Shown here piece after piece: positions 24,960-36,389 of a stretch of 64,000 nucleotides of DNA (position 1 is the stretch's first letter; each line of letters starts with the position of its first letter). Both the position numbers and the translations under genes were made by a program. The notes under the pieces were generated by a model. The model searched no databases and was not told the origin of the DNA. It saw nothing but the letters and a program-made list of their open reading frames with translations. Source of the stretch: Lama glama (Eukaryota); contig CM052851.1 in assembly GCA_028534125.1 (NCBI GenBank), positions 16,554,001 through 16,618,000 of the forward strand. Reading direction: 5' to 3'.

Positions 24960-25430
24960 GAGTATTATTAGGCATATGTGGTCTGGCAGGGTCTTACAGA
25001 TGGCAGTCACCTGTCATTATGAAAACTGTCTTTAGCCGAAGCCGAAACGGTAGTGACTTCAGAAGCTCTTGAGGCAGTGAATTATAAGCTGTTGCTTCTG
25101 CTCCATCGTCAGCCAGAGTTTTCATTTGCCATGTCTGTTTGCTCCTGGACTGTGTGTCCGCTGTTGTGCTGGCGTGGCACAGCCACCTTGTTAAGCTGGT
25201 GTGCACACCCTGCTTTCAGCCGCTGTGGGTGGCCTTCTGGGGTGCTACATTTGGTTGGCAAGGGCTCTTCCTGTGCCATGTGCTTGCTGTGTTTACATGC
25301 TGTGCTGCTTCATTAGGGAAGCTGGCTCAGATTGTTTCGCTAAAAACAATAAAGCCCACACTGGAATAGAACAGAGTTGAATAGATGTTTATCTTTTTAC
25401 ACGGCAAATCAATGAGTAATTTTCTGGTTT
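24960..25430. promoter_or_regulatory. Candidate conserved non-coding element / enhancer
   Basis: Repeat-free and relatively GC-rich; CATATG 24973, CAGATGG 24997, CACCTG overlapping CTGTCA 25008-25016, TGTTTAC 25290, AACAAT 25345, AAATCAAT 25406. Confidence 0.35.
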
Positions 25431-25944
25431 GAATTTTATATTTAACATTCTGTCTGGGGAAATGCTGTCAACCATGTCCTATTCCAAGGTGGCTTCCTTA
25501 AAGAGATTGTTTTTTTAAAAATCTTGTTTAAAATTCCTAGAATATATGATTTCTTTGTTTAAACATTTCCAGGGAGGAGTTGCTCCCCACGTCTTGATCC
25601 TGATGTGCAGTCCTCTCAGCAGTGGGCCATGTGGGCAGACAGGCTTTTTATTCCATCAAATTCAAAACCCAAGGTCTCTCCTCTACTGCATGTCAAAGGC
25701 AAGGATGGAAAGACACTTTGACCTGTCAATAATTCACCTACTGCCCACAGCAAATGAGAGAGATGGGTTGGGGGTGGTCTATGGATGACCAGTGCCTTGT
25801 ATTGTCATAAACAGTGGAATAGTCCGGCTGTATCTGACTCCTTTCAATCACTGAGTCACTTCCAATTTGTAAGCTGAGGCCTCAAACTTCAACATCTTTT
25901 TTTAAAAAAATGTTCAACTTCTGTTCTAGCATCCCAGAGCTGAT

Positions 25945-26320
25945 CCTGTCACCCAACCTTATCAATGTATAGACAGAAAAAAATGGAGGCTTAGAGAGGT
26001 CGGGTGACTGGTTCAAAGTCACACAGCTAGTATCAGCAGAGCTGGGATGACATCCTCTGCTGGTGAATTAGTCCCATTGTCCTCATAGAAGAATAGCTGG
26101 GTTCATGGAGCCTAGGAGGACAGAGGTATTTCACTGACTGAACAAAAGTTTGAAGGTAATTTCTAGCTGTGGGATCTTGGGAGAGCTACCTAGATACTTT
26201 TGAACACCTCTCATTTGAATTATTCTCATCTATAAATGGGGGTACCTGTATTATCTCTACGGGTTTTATGTGTGTTAAATGAGATCATATTTATAAACTC
26301 TTAGGACACTGTAGGAACAT
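25945..26320. mobile_element. Two MIR fragments (minus ~25945-26060, plus ~26125-26320)
   Basis: ggaggcttagagaggtcgggtgactggttcaaagtcacacagctagt; ctcatctataaatgggggtacct. Confidence 0.75.
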
Positions 26321-26789
26321 TGGAGGGGTATAGAGACTCCAAATAGACGTTTCCCTTTCTAACATATTAGAATTTTGGATTGTACCAATATAGAGTTGTC
26401 ATTCATCATGTATTAGAAAGTATCTAGATGTTAAGCAAAATGCAACTTGGAGAATATAACTATATACCATTAAAACTGAGATTTCCTTACAATGAATATA
26501 GTAACAGAAAGAGATTTTAACACTGATTTTAGAAACTTTTTAAGATTGTTTTCAAAGAAGGATCCAACACACTGTAGCAGCCCTCTCTAACTGGGTAAGT
26601 TGTGAATACGGGGACAGGCTCTTGTTTTTTCTCTAGGGACAAAAGAGGTCCTTCAGATGATTTCAAGGGAATTCGTTCTTTATGGCATTGGCACGAGCTT
26701 AACCTTGTGCAGGATGACATACTGTAGGTCCAAGCACCAAGGAAGGCAGCCCTGTGTCATGGAAGCCAATGCTGTCCTGCCTCCTTGGC

Positions 26790-27470
26790 CAGCGCACCGA
26801 CATGTTAAAGCCGATAGATTTCCAAGTGATCTGATTTCTGGGCTGTTTCTGGAGCTCAGCGACTCCTTCGGAGCAGTTCGCACAGTCACCTGTAGATGGC
26901 GATGTTGCACCAAGAACTTCCGCAGAGACAGTGACAGGCGGGGGAGCCTCCAGCTGGGGCCTGCTGAGGCTCAACTCTGTGAATCCTGTTTTAAGTTCCT
27001 CTGGTTGGTCATAACCCAGCAGTTCCCCTCCTGGGCCCCCTGCTCGCCTGTCTTCCTCACCCGCTGCAAGTCGGGAAGGAAAGCTCAGCCTCCCCTACCT
27101 CCTCCCTACTCTCCTTTTCTTTACAGTGGTCTGTGATTAATGGCAGCATCAGTGAACGATTGAGAGGGAGAAGGTACTCGCGTAATGGAACAGCAGACAG
27201 ATTAAATGCAACCGGGTGCCGAACCTCTTTAGCGAGAGCATCCTTGCAAATTTGTTTTCCCTTCCTTCCCACAGTGGCCCCCTCCTCAGAGCGGAGGCAG
27301 GCACTGCGACTTCATTAATCAAGGCGCTTTGCCGGGGCCGATGAATTTGAACAGCAAATTGTCAGTTACAATCCTTTGCTCTCTCGTGTATCCCTGAGCA
27401 CCGGTTATTTCATCGTCACCAATTAATCAAGGCAGCCACAAAAGCCACCTACAGTTTATTAGCAGAAAAT
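26790..27470. promoter_or_regulatory. CpG-rich candidate developmental enhancer (weak orphan CpG island)
   Basis: 26 CpGs by my count in ~625 bp against a CpG-depleted background; TGATTAAT x3 (27134 plus; 27314 and 27422 minus); 12-bp direct repeat ATTAATCAAGGC; TGTCA 27360; no repeat similarity recognised. Confidence 0.6.
26889..26902 (+). promoter_or_regulatory. CTCF core motif
   Basis: CCTGTAGATGGCGA versus consensus CCWSYAGRKGGCRS (13/14), CpG intact. Confidence 0.55.
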
Positions 27471-27701
27471 AGGTTGTCTCTTCCCCAGTGACAAGCTTTT
27501 ACTGTTACTTCGAATGTGAAGAGTACCTTTGCTTTAGTTTTTTGGTTGAGAGACACCCACATTGCTTCTTATCTTCCTATCTTTCTAAGATGATCATTTA
27601 TCAGACTCTCCCCCAAATCTTATTACATTCCTTGTAAGGACTGGAGCATCTTGAATGGAAGATTGACAGAAACAAACCCGAGAAACGTACCTTTTTACCT
27701 A

Positions 27702-27872
27702 TAATGGTTCTGAAACCTGGCTACATATAAAAATCATTTAAAGAGCGTTACAAAAAAAACACCCATGGTCTTGGGCCACATCAAAGGCTAATTATGACTG
27801 GGTTTTTGGAGCTGCAGTCTGGACATGGATACTTTAAAATTTCTTCATGTAATTTGCAGTCTGACAACTTCT
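27702..27872. mobile_element. MER5B-like hAT MITE
   Basis: aatggttctgaaacctggctacatataaaaatcattt...ctggacatggatactttaaaatttcttcatgtaatt. Confidence 0.65.
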
Positions 27873-28124
27873 GGAAAAGTTCCTTGCTCCCCTGGCGTTG
27901 GTATGTTCATTTATGAAATGAGGCACTTAGATAAGCAATTTTCATAGTAAAATCATAATCCTCTGTAATTTCCGACTTAGATATTTCGAGGAGCTGCACT
28001 TGTCGAAGCAGTAATGTGTGTGTGGAGTTTCAGGGCTGCTTTAGTGAGGTTGCCTGTCCCTTCCTCATCACATCTCCCCAGAACAGAACAACTTTCGTGG
28101 CCAGATACTTGCATAATGCATTTA

Positions 28125-31100
28125 TTCTATTCTTCTGTTCATTCATTTGTTTATTTCAACAAACATGTATTAAATATTTGCCTCTGGACCAGATGAAATC
28201 TCTGCCATCAAAAATCTTAAACGTTCATCAAATACACAAATGATGTTTAGTTACAGTTATGATAAGGGCTATGAAGGAAGCATGCAGGATGCTGTGAGAG
28301 CAATTGATGGAGAGACTGAATCTAGCTTGAGAGTCATAGAAGGCTCCCCAGGAAGTGGCACTTACAGGCACTGAGAGATAGGAATTAATTGATAGGAATA
28401 GGAGGGGGAACTGGGAAGAGGCAAAGGGTTGTAGGTGAAGGAATGGTCTGTGCAAAAGGCCATCGGGAAGAATGTTTATTGTAGGTATTGAAAGGAGCTC
28501 TAGGGGGAGAATGTGAAGTCTGGGGCTAAGAGGGAAGGAGGGACCAGATTACATGGGGCTTTGTAGGTCATTTTGGGGACTTTATCTGAAAATTACAGGG
28601 AAGCTATTCCATAATTTTAAGAAGAGGAGTTAAATGCTTAGACTGTGCTTTTAATGACACTACTTTAGGAGAAGAATTTCTAGAATGGGAAGGTAAGACC
28701 CTCAAAAACCTACTCCTTTATAAAGCAATAGTGGCAAGAATTGCAAAAGTCAACATTTTCAGAACTCTGGAAATTAACCAAAGCTTGCAAAAAATTTGAG
28801 GAATGTTTTATTAAGAAAAATGATTGAAGCTCGGTAAGAACAGTGAGATTGTGGTATTTTAACTTGCCTTCTTCCTATTACCACTCCCCAGCTCTTTAGT
28901 ACTTTTGAAGAGCAGCAGTCTTGCAACGATGGTAGCTATGAAATCCAGAAGGCTGGTAGCCACTGGAGGGGGCACACAGGATATGGAGCCTCTCAAAAAG
29001 CTTTATCTTCAGAGAGTTGTCACTATTTGACCTGCCTAGAATCTCCCTGGAAAAAAAAACAAAAAAAACAAAAAAAACAATCACAGGGCTTGTTTTATTT
29101 GATCTGACTCAGAGATCACTCAGTGGGAAAAGCCCCGTTTTTTCAGGGCATCTGCTGACAATCATTGGCATTAAAAAAAAAAAAAAAAGTCACAGCTGCG
29201 TAAGGCAGTTTTTCCAGTTGAGGCAAACAAGAGACTGACCAAAAAACTTAAAGGTAAATCTGGGGAATAAGATGTCTGTGGAGGCTTTGAAAAGCACTGA
29301 CATATTCCTGGGGATTTAGAAGGCCATGGACATATACAGGGCTGTGCACATACCCAAAACAGATCTAAGAAGGCCCTAATCTTTTACCTCTGCTGACCTT
29401 AGGGATTTGTGCAAGCAGGAAGTAAAGGCTAAGGCAGATTTGTAAACTTTTGGAAGGTTGCAGATGAGCCCTACCACACACATGGAGCCCCAGAGGAAAG
29501 AATGAGAGACTTACTGCTTCAAGACATTTAAGAAAATTTCTTTCTAACCATTAGCTGACCACTGAGATGATAACCAGGCAGAGACTTCAGTCAGTGGTCA
29601 GACATAACAAGGAATACAGAGCTTGCAGAATTAGATCAAGAAATTCACTAAACTGTAGCAAAAGCAGCAACAGCAACACAAAAACCCTGCAGGGGTGAGG
29701 GTTCTGATTGCCAGAGTTGCCACAGTATATTTATTTATATGCCGTGTTATTTATAGTGTCCAGTTTTAAACAAGAAAAAAAATTAGAAGATACACAAAGG
29801 GGGGAAAAAAGCAGTCAATAGAAACTGTCCCTGAGGAAGTCCAGATAATAGACTTACTACAGCTATTTGAACCAGCTATTGTGAATATGTTCAAAGAACC
29901 CAAGGAAACCATGTCTAACAAATTGAAGTATAAGAACAATGGAAGAAATGATTTCTACAAGAGATACATTTTGAATTCAGAGACACAAATAGGTTGGATT
30001 GTAGCATAATGGAAAAGATATGTCATCACAGTAACCAAAAGAGAGCTAAGTGGCAGTAATAATATCAGACAAATAGACATTATGACAAAAATGATTACTA
30101 AAGACAAAGAAGAACATTTTATAATAGTAAAAGGATGAGTTAATCAAAACTAAAAATATTGTAAATGTGTATGTCCCTAACAACAGAGTCCCAAAATATG
30201 TGAAGCAAAAATTGACAGAATTGAAATGAAAAACAAAAGTTGGTTTTTTGAAAAGATCAATGAAGTTGAGAAAACTTTAAACTGAACAAGAGAAAATGAG
30301 GAAGTAATAAATGGAGACTTTAATACCACACTTTCAATAATGGATATAACAAGTAAGCAGAAGATCAGCAAGGGAATAAAAGACTCATAAAACACTGTAA
30401 CCTGACTGTACCTAATAGGCATTTATAGAAGACTCTGCACAACAACAGCAGAATACACATTCTTCTCAAGTGCATAGGGAAAATTCTCCAGAATAGACAA
30501 TGCGTCAGATCACTATATAAACATCAATCAACTGAAAAGGATCAAAATTATAAAATGTAAAATCACAAAAGAATGAAATCAAATACAAAAAAATTTCGAA
30601 AATGCACAAGTATGTGAATCCTTTATACACTCCTACAAAAATAGAAGAGGGAACACTTTGTAATTCATTCTATGAGGTCAGTATTATCCTGATATCAAAA
30701 CATGACAAAGACATCATAAGAGAAGAAAACTACAGATCAATATCTCTTTTAAGTTTAGATGCAAAAATCCTTTGAAAAATGCTGGAAAACCCAAAATCAA
30801 GCAACATATGTAAAATAATTTCTATATCACAACCAAGTGATATTTATTCTGGGGATAAAAGATTGATTTAACATCTGAAAACTAATTAATGTACTATATC
30901 ATATGAATAGAATAAAAGAAAAAAATCATATGATCATATCAGTAAATGCAGAAAAAAATTTGAAAAAATTCATGAAAAAAAAGCTCAATCAACTAGGAAT
31001 AGAAGGGAATTTCTAGAAACTAATAAAGGTCAATTACAAAACACCTACAGCTAACATCATACTTAATAGTAAAAGATTAAATATTTCCCCACTAAAATCA

Positions 31101-33230
31101 AGAGAAACACAATGATGTACATTCTCATCACATGTTATCATTGAACTGGAGATTCTAATCAGAGCAATTAATAAGAAAATGAAATAAAACAAATCCCAAA
31201 GAGGAAGAAAGAAGTAAAATTATCCTGAGTCACAGATGACATGAAGTTGTACATAGAGAATCCTAAGAAACCCATTGTAAACTATTATAAATAAGAAATG
31301 AGTTCAGCATTGGAAGATACTGGATTAATATACAGAAATTGATTGCAATTTTGTACACTATGAAAAATCCAAACATAAAATTAGGAAAAATTAATTAATA
31401 TAAAGGCTTTCTATGTTCATGGAAAAGAAAATTAATATTATTAAGATGGCATTGATATACACATTCAATGCAATCCCTATCAAAACCCCAGCTAACATTC
31501 ATACAGAAATTAATAACCTGATCCTAAAGTTCACATGGAAATGTAAGGGACCCAGAATAGACAAAAGAAAAATTCTGAAAAAGAACAAAATTTGAGGACT
31601 TACCCTTCCCAATTTGAAAACTTGCTAAAAAGTGACAATAAATGAGACAGTGTGATACTTGTATAAGGGTAGACATACAGATCAATGAAGTAGAATTTAG
31701 AATCCAGAAATAAATCTTTATGTTTATGGTCAGTTTATTTTTGGCAAGGATACCAAGACCACATTAAGGGAAAAGAAGTGTCTTTTGAACAGATAGTGTG
31801 GAAACAATTGGATAATCAACTGCAAAAGGATGAATTTAGATCCCTATGTTATATTCTATATAAACATTAATTAGAATGGATCATAAACCTAAATATAAGA
31901 GCTAAATATATAAAACTCTTAGAAGAAAACATAGGAGTAGCTCTTCATGACCTTTGGCAGGCAATCATTTCTTACTTCTGACACCAAAAGTACAAATGAC
32001 AAGAGAGAAAATAGACAAATTGGATTTTATAAAAATTAAAAACATATCTATCTCAAAGGATGTCACCAAGAAAGCGAAAAGACAACCCACAGATTGGAAG
32101 AAAATATTTGTAAATCATAAATCTGATAAGGGACATTGATCCAAAATATACAGAGGATATTTACAACTCAGCAATAAAGACAGTTAACCCAATTACAAAA
32201 AAATGGGCAACAATTCGAATAGACATTTTGCTAAAGAATATATACACATGGTCAATAATCTCATAAAAAGATGGTCAACATCAGCAGTCATTAAGGAAAT
32301 ATAAATCAAGTGCACAATGAGATATCACTTCATACTCACTGGGATGGTGAAAGCCAAAAAGTCAGACAGTAAGAAGTGTTGACAAGACTGTAGGAAAATT
32401 GGAATCATCATACATTTTTGATGGCATTGGAAAATGGTGCTGCCACTTTGGAAAACAGTTTGATATTTCGATAGTTCCTCAAAATGTTAAGAAAGTTATA
32501 TCACTGTGAAATTTCACTTTTAGGTACATACCTAAGATAAATAAAAACATATGCCCACACAAAAACTTGTAGATGAATGTCATACCACCATTATATGTAA
32601 GTTCCCCAAAGCGGAAACATCCTAAGTGTCTCTCAGCTGATCAATGGATAAACAAAATGTGGTTTATCCATACAAGAGAATATTATTTCAATAATAAAAA
32701 AGAATGAAGTGCTAAATACACACTAATATAAACACTAAAATACAGATGAGTCTTGAAAATAGTATTTTTGAAAGTCAGTCAGACATCATATGATTCCATT
32801 TAGTCCAGAGTGAGTAAATCTATAGAGATAGAAAGTAGGCTATTAGTTGCCAGGGACTGTGTCAAGGGACTGGGGAGTGACTGGTAATGGGTATGGGGTT
32901 TCTTTTGAGGGTAATGAATATATCCTCAAATTGTATAGTGGTGATATTTGCACATCTCTGCAAATGTACCAAAACCCAGAAAGTTGTACAATTTAAAACA
33001 GTGGGTCTTCTGGCATTTTGATAATATCTCAAAGATGTTATCAAAAATATTACTTTATATACTTCATGGATATGTTTGGAGAAGCAAGAGGGTACATACT
33101 GAGAGCCAATTTAGAGACAAATTGCAGCAATTCAGGGCAAGTAATGATGGTGGCCAGGACTAGGGTGGTAGCAGTAGAAATAGAATCGAAAAAGTGGCAG
33201 ATTTGAAAACTATTTTGGTGGGATATGTAA
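28125..33230 (-). mobile_element. L2 element split by an L1 insertion (pieces 28125-28667 and 33058-33230)
   Basis: L2 sequence ttttaagaagaggagttaaatgcttagactgtgctttta continues collinearly after the L1 with aatgatggtggccaggactagggtggtagcagt. Confidence 0.8.
28668..33042 (+). mobile_element. L1MB7/8-like LINE-1 with both ends, large internal deletions and dead ORFs
   Basis: 5'UTR-like tttcagaactctggaaattaaccaaag; ORF2 remnants ISDKID-like, GDFNT 30313, NSFYE, FNAIPIK, KLDFIKIK; L1MB-type 3'UTR; degenerate TSD aatgacactacttta / aaaaatattacttta. Confidence 0.9.
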
Positions 33231-33869
33231 CATCAAGAATACTAACCATTATTGAGCTCTTTAAATTTTCTGGCTTTGTGCTAAATTCTTTGTGAATACC
33301 AATTGATAATCCTCCCAATGACCCTTTTGTGGTAGATTCTATTTTAACCTGCATTTACTAATCAGGAAACTGATCTACTTAGAGATGAAATCAGTCTGTG
33401 CTTAGTACCTTTGTGTAAAAAAGCTTAATTAAATGCTGGTATTTTCTATTAATGGAACATAGTTTTAGGAAATGTCAGATGACCCTGATTTCAATCTGGA
33501 GGCTGCCTAGCTAGTCAGTCATTTCATGTTGTTTCACCTTGGTACTTTAATGCCTTCTAAGTACATACTGTTAGATTATGTCTGTTTGATTTATGCCTTC
33601 CATGATAATAGATCAGTAGTAAGCATGCAGTCTGGTGCTGACTAAGCCCACTTCTCCAAGGAAAAGGATCAAAAGGAAAACTCCAGGCATCACAGCTCCT
33701 GACTGCACAATGCTCTGAGCCTGACCACACTGTCTGCTTTCCACTGACCAGCGCTGATTTCATCCGACACCTTATCCCTTATATCAGTCATAACGAGAAG
33801 CCCCAAATGAACTGGTTACTCTCTACCTCCCTGTTCTGTTCCCTCTCAGGCTCTGCATAGCCTCCTTTT

Positions 33870-34920
33870 CCCACCTAACTCTCTACCCTCCCTATGCCAA
33901 ATGTTTTCCACTATGACATCTGAAATTTGTGGTCTATCATCAGCAAAACATCTATTTCTAAAAATCTCCTCTTTGAGCATTTTCTTTATCTTCTTACTTT
34001 GAATAAAACCTTGTTTCTCAACCCTTCATTCTCTATACTCTCTTTTTTAATGATTTCATCCAGGATTATATCAATGGTTCTATACTCATTACTCTCAAAT
34101 TTATATATTTATCTAAAACCTCTTTTCCAAGGTCTGGACGTCTATATCTCTCTGCCTCTGTCCTTATGTCCTCCTCTTTTCTCTGTTTCTCTTGGTCTCT
34201 TCTGCCTCCAACATGCTCTGAGCCATTATTATCTTTGTCTTCCAAGTAGTCTCACTATATTATTACTGTGTCCCCCACAGTCTATTCATGTGACTGCTAA
34301 AGAGATCTTTTAAAAAAAAACCTAAGTCAAATCTTGTCACTCTCCTGCTCAAAGTCCTGCAGCGACTCCCCGTTTAAAAAAAAAAAAAAAAAAAAAAAGA
34401 AGAAGAGTTAAGTCAAAATGTTTGTAATAGCTTTTTACCCATCCATGACCTCTCTGACTTCATTACCACTCACTCTTTCTCTTGGTCATTCCCTTTTCTG
34501 TAAAAACTCGGCGTACAGCCCTGACCCAGGACACATACTACTGGAACTTTCTTCCCTTAAGCATCTACATAGCTCACTAATTCAGTTTCTTCAGATCTTT
34601 CCTTAAATGCCACTCTCTCAATAAGGCCTATTTTAACTGCCTTTCTTAAAATTGGAACTTCTTTGGCCTCCACATACCTGACTCTCTTAACTCTCCTTAT
34701 TTTGTTGAACTTTTCCCTTTCTTCAAAAGCACTTATAATTATTGAACATGTTAGTCACTTTAGTCATATGTTTATTGCTTGTTTTTCATCTCTGTCGGCT
34801 AGAAGATAAGCTCCTTTAGGAAAGAGAGTTTTGTTCATTTTGCTTTGTTCTCTAGTATCTTCCAAAGTAATAACTAGAGCATTATCTGCCACAGAGTAGG
34901 TGCTTAATATTTTTTAATGG
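33870..34920 (+). mobile_element. L2 fragment (~1 kb) containing a poly-A run at 34375-34398
   Basis: gatcttttaaaa...aagtcaaatcttgtcactctcctgctcaaagtcctgcagcgactcccc; ctagaagataagctcc...cacagagtaggtgcttaata. Confidence 0.8.
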
Positions 34921-35134
34921 ATATATAAGTAATTCTGTGCTCAAGTGTTAATATTTATTGGAGGATGCAATGATATGTTCTTAATCCCTTTGGGAACATA
35001 CAACTAAACCTTGATCTGAACTCACTGCAGATAAAAAAGGAGGAAAATGTTGGACTTTTTTTTAATAGACAAGAAATAACATCTATAGCACTAGCCATGT
35101 ACACCCCAGGATAGACTATATCAAACCACCTCTG

Positions 35135-35970
35135 CAAGCAAACCTCATTTTATTGCACTTTGCTTTTTGTGCTTCACAGATTTTTGTGTTTTTGTTTCTT
35201 GTTTTTTGTTTTTTTAACAAATTGAAGATTTGCAGCTACCCTGAATTAAGCAAGTCCATTGATACCATTTTTTTTCAACAGCATTTGCTCACTTCATGTC
35301 TCTCTGTCTGTGTTTTGGGAATTCCCACAAAACTTCGGACTTTCTCAGTATGATAATATTTGCTGCAGTGTGATCAGTGATCTTTCATGTTACTATTAGC
35401 ATCGTTCTGTTGCGTTCAGAACTGTGCCCATATAAGATGGTGAACTTAACGGATAAATGTCTGTATTCCGACTGCTCCACTGTCCAGCCATCCCCAGTCT
35501 CTCTCTTCTCGGGCCTCCCTATTCTCTGAGACACAACAATATTGAAATTAGGCTGATTAATGACCCTACAATAGCCTCTGAGTATTCCAGTGAAAGGAAG
35601 AGTCCACCAATATGGCGAACTTCATTGTTGTCTTATTCTAAGAAACTACTGCAGCCGCCCGGGACTTCAGCAAATGCAACCCTGGCTGGCTGGCAGTCAT
35701 CAACATTGAGGCGAGAAGCAACTATAACTCAGGGAAGTCTCTGGTGATGTTTAGAATTTTTTAGCAATAAAGTATTTTTAAATTAAGGTTTGTATATAAT
35801 GTTTTTAGACATAATGATGTTGCACACTCAATAGACCACAGTAGAGCGTAAACATACTTTTGTATGCACTGCCTGGGAAATCAAAAAAACTCATATGACT
35901 TGCTTTATTATGATGTTCACTTTATTGCTGTGGTCTGAAACTGAACCACAGTATCGTCAAGAAGTGTCTG
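35135..35970 (+). mobile_element. Internally deleted Tigger1 (Tigger1a-like non-autonomous element)
   Basis: caagcaaacctcattttattgcac start, gggcctccctattctctgagacacaacaatattgaaattagg, ttttagcaataaagtatttttaaattaagg, end gtctg plus TA. Confidence 0.9.
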
Positions 35971-36389
35971 TAATTAACTCTCCAATATCTTTGCCTTCTT
36001 TATGAGTTTTTATGCTTCATTAAATTAGGCCACCTTAGTGGGAAGTTTAGTCTTACACAATTAGCTCTTTAACGTTTTTCTTTTTGTTTTTGTATGTAGT
36101 ATCAGTTTTCCTCGCTAAAATTTTCTTCTTTGCATTGTAGATTCCCTTCATTTTATGACTTTTAAAAATCCTCCTGTCTTTTTAAATTTCATATTGAACT
36201 TTATCTGCCCTTAGCATGGGTTCCTTCCTCTGATGGTATTGAGTCTTCTGAAGTCTGCTTTTCTCCTTGCTCATTTTAGATTAATCCAGATTTGTGGGTT
36301 AGATACTAATGGTTTAGACATCTTCAGTGTATCAAACTCTGTCTTAGATTCTGGGGGACTTTCCAAAGGAAATAAAATGTGTGATTTAT

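Noticed and set aside
26657-27136. 159-aa plus-strand ORF
   Set aside because: No recognisable protein; overlapping ORFs on both strands are expected in GC-rich sequence, and a regulatory reading explains it better
28960-28976. Second CTCF-like word (actggagggggcac)
   Set aside because: Mismatches at core positions and lies inside a decayed L1 5' region
31413-32139. ORFs with protein-like motifs (FNAIPIK, KLDFIKIK)
   Set aside because: Fragments of dead L1 ORF2, not host genes
33927-34313. 128-aa hydrophobic ORF
   Set aside because: Pyrimidine-rich L2 remnant giving a Leu/Ser/Phe-biased chance frame
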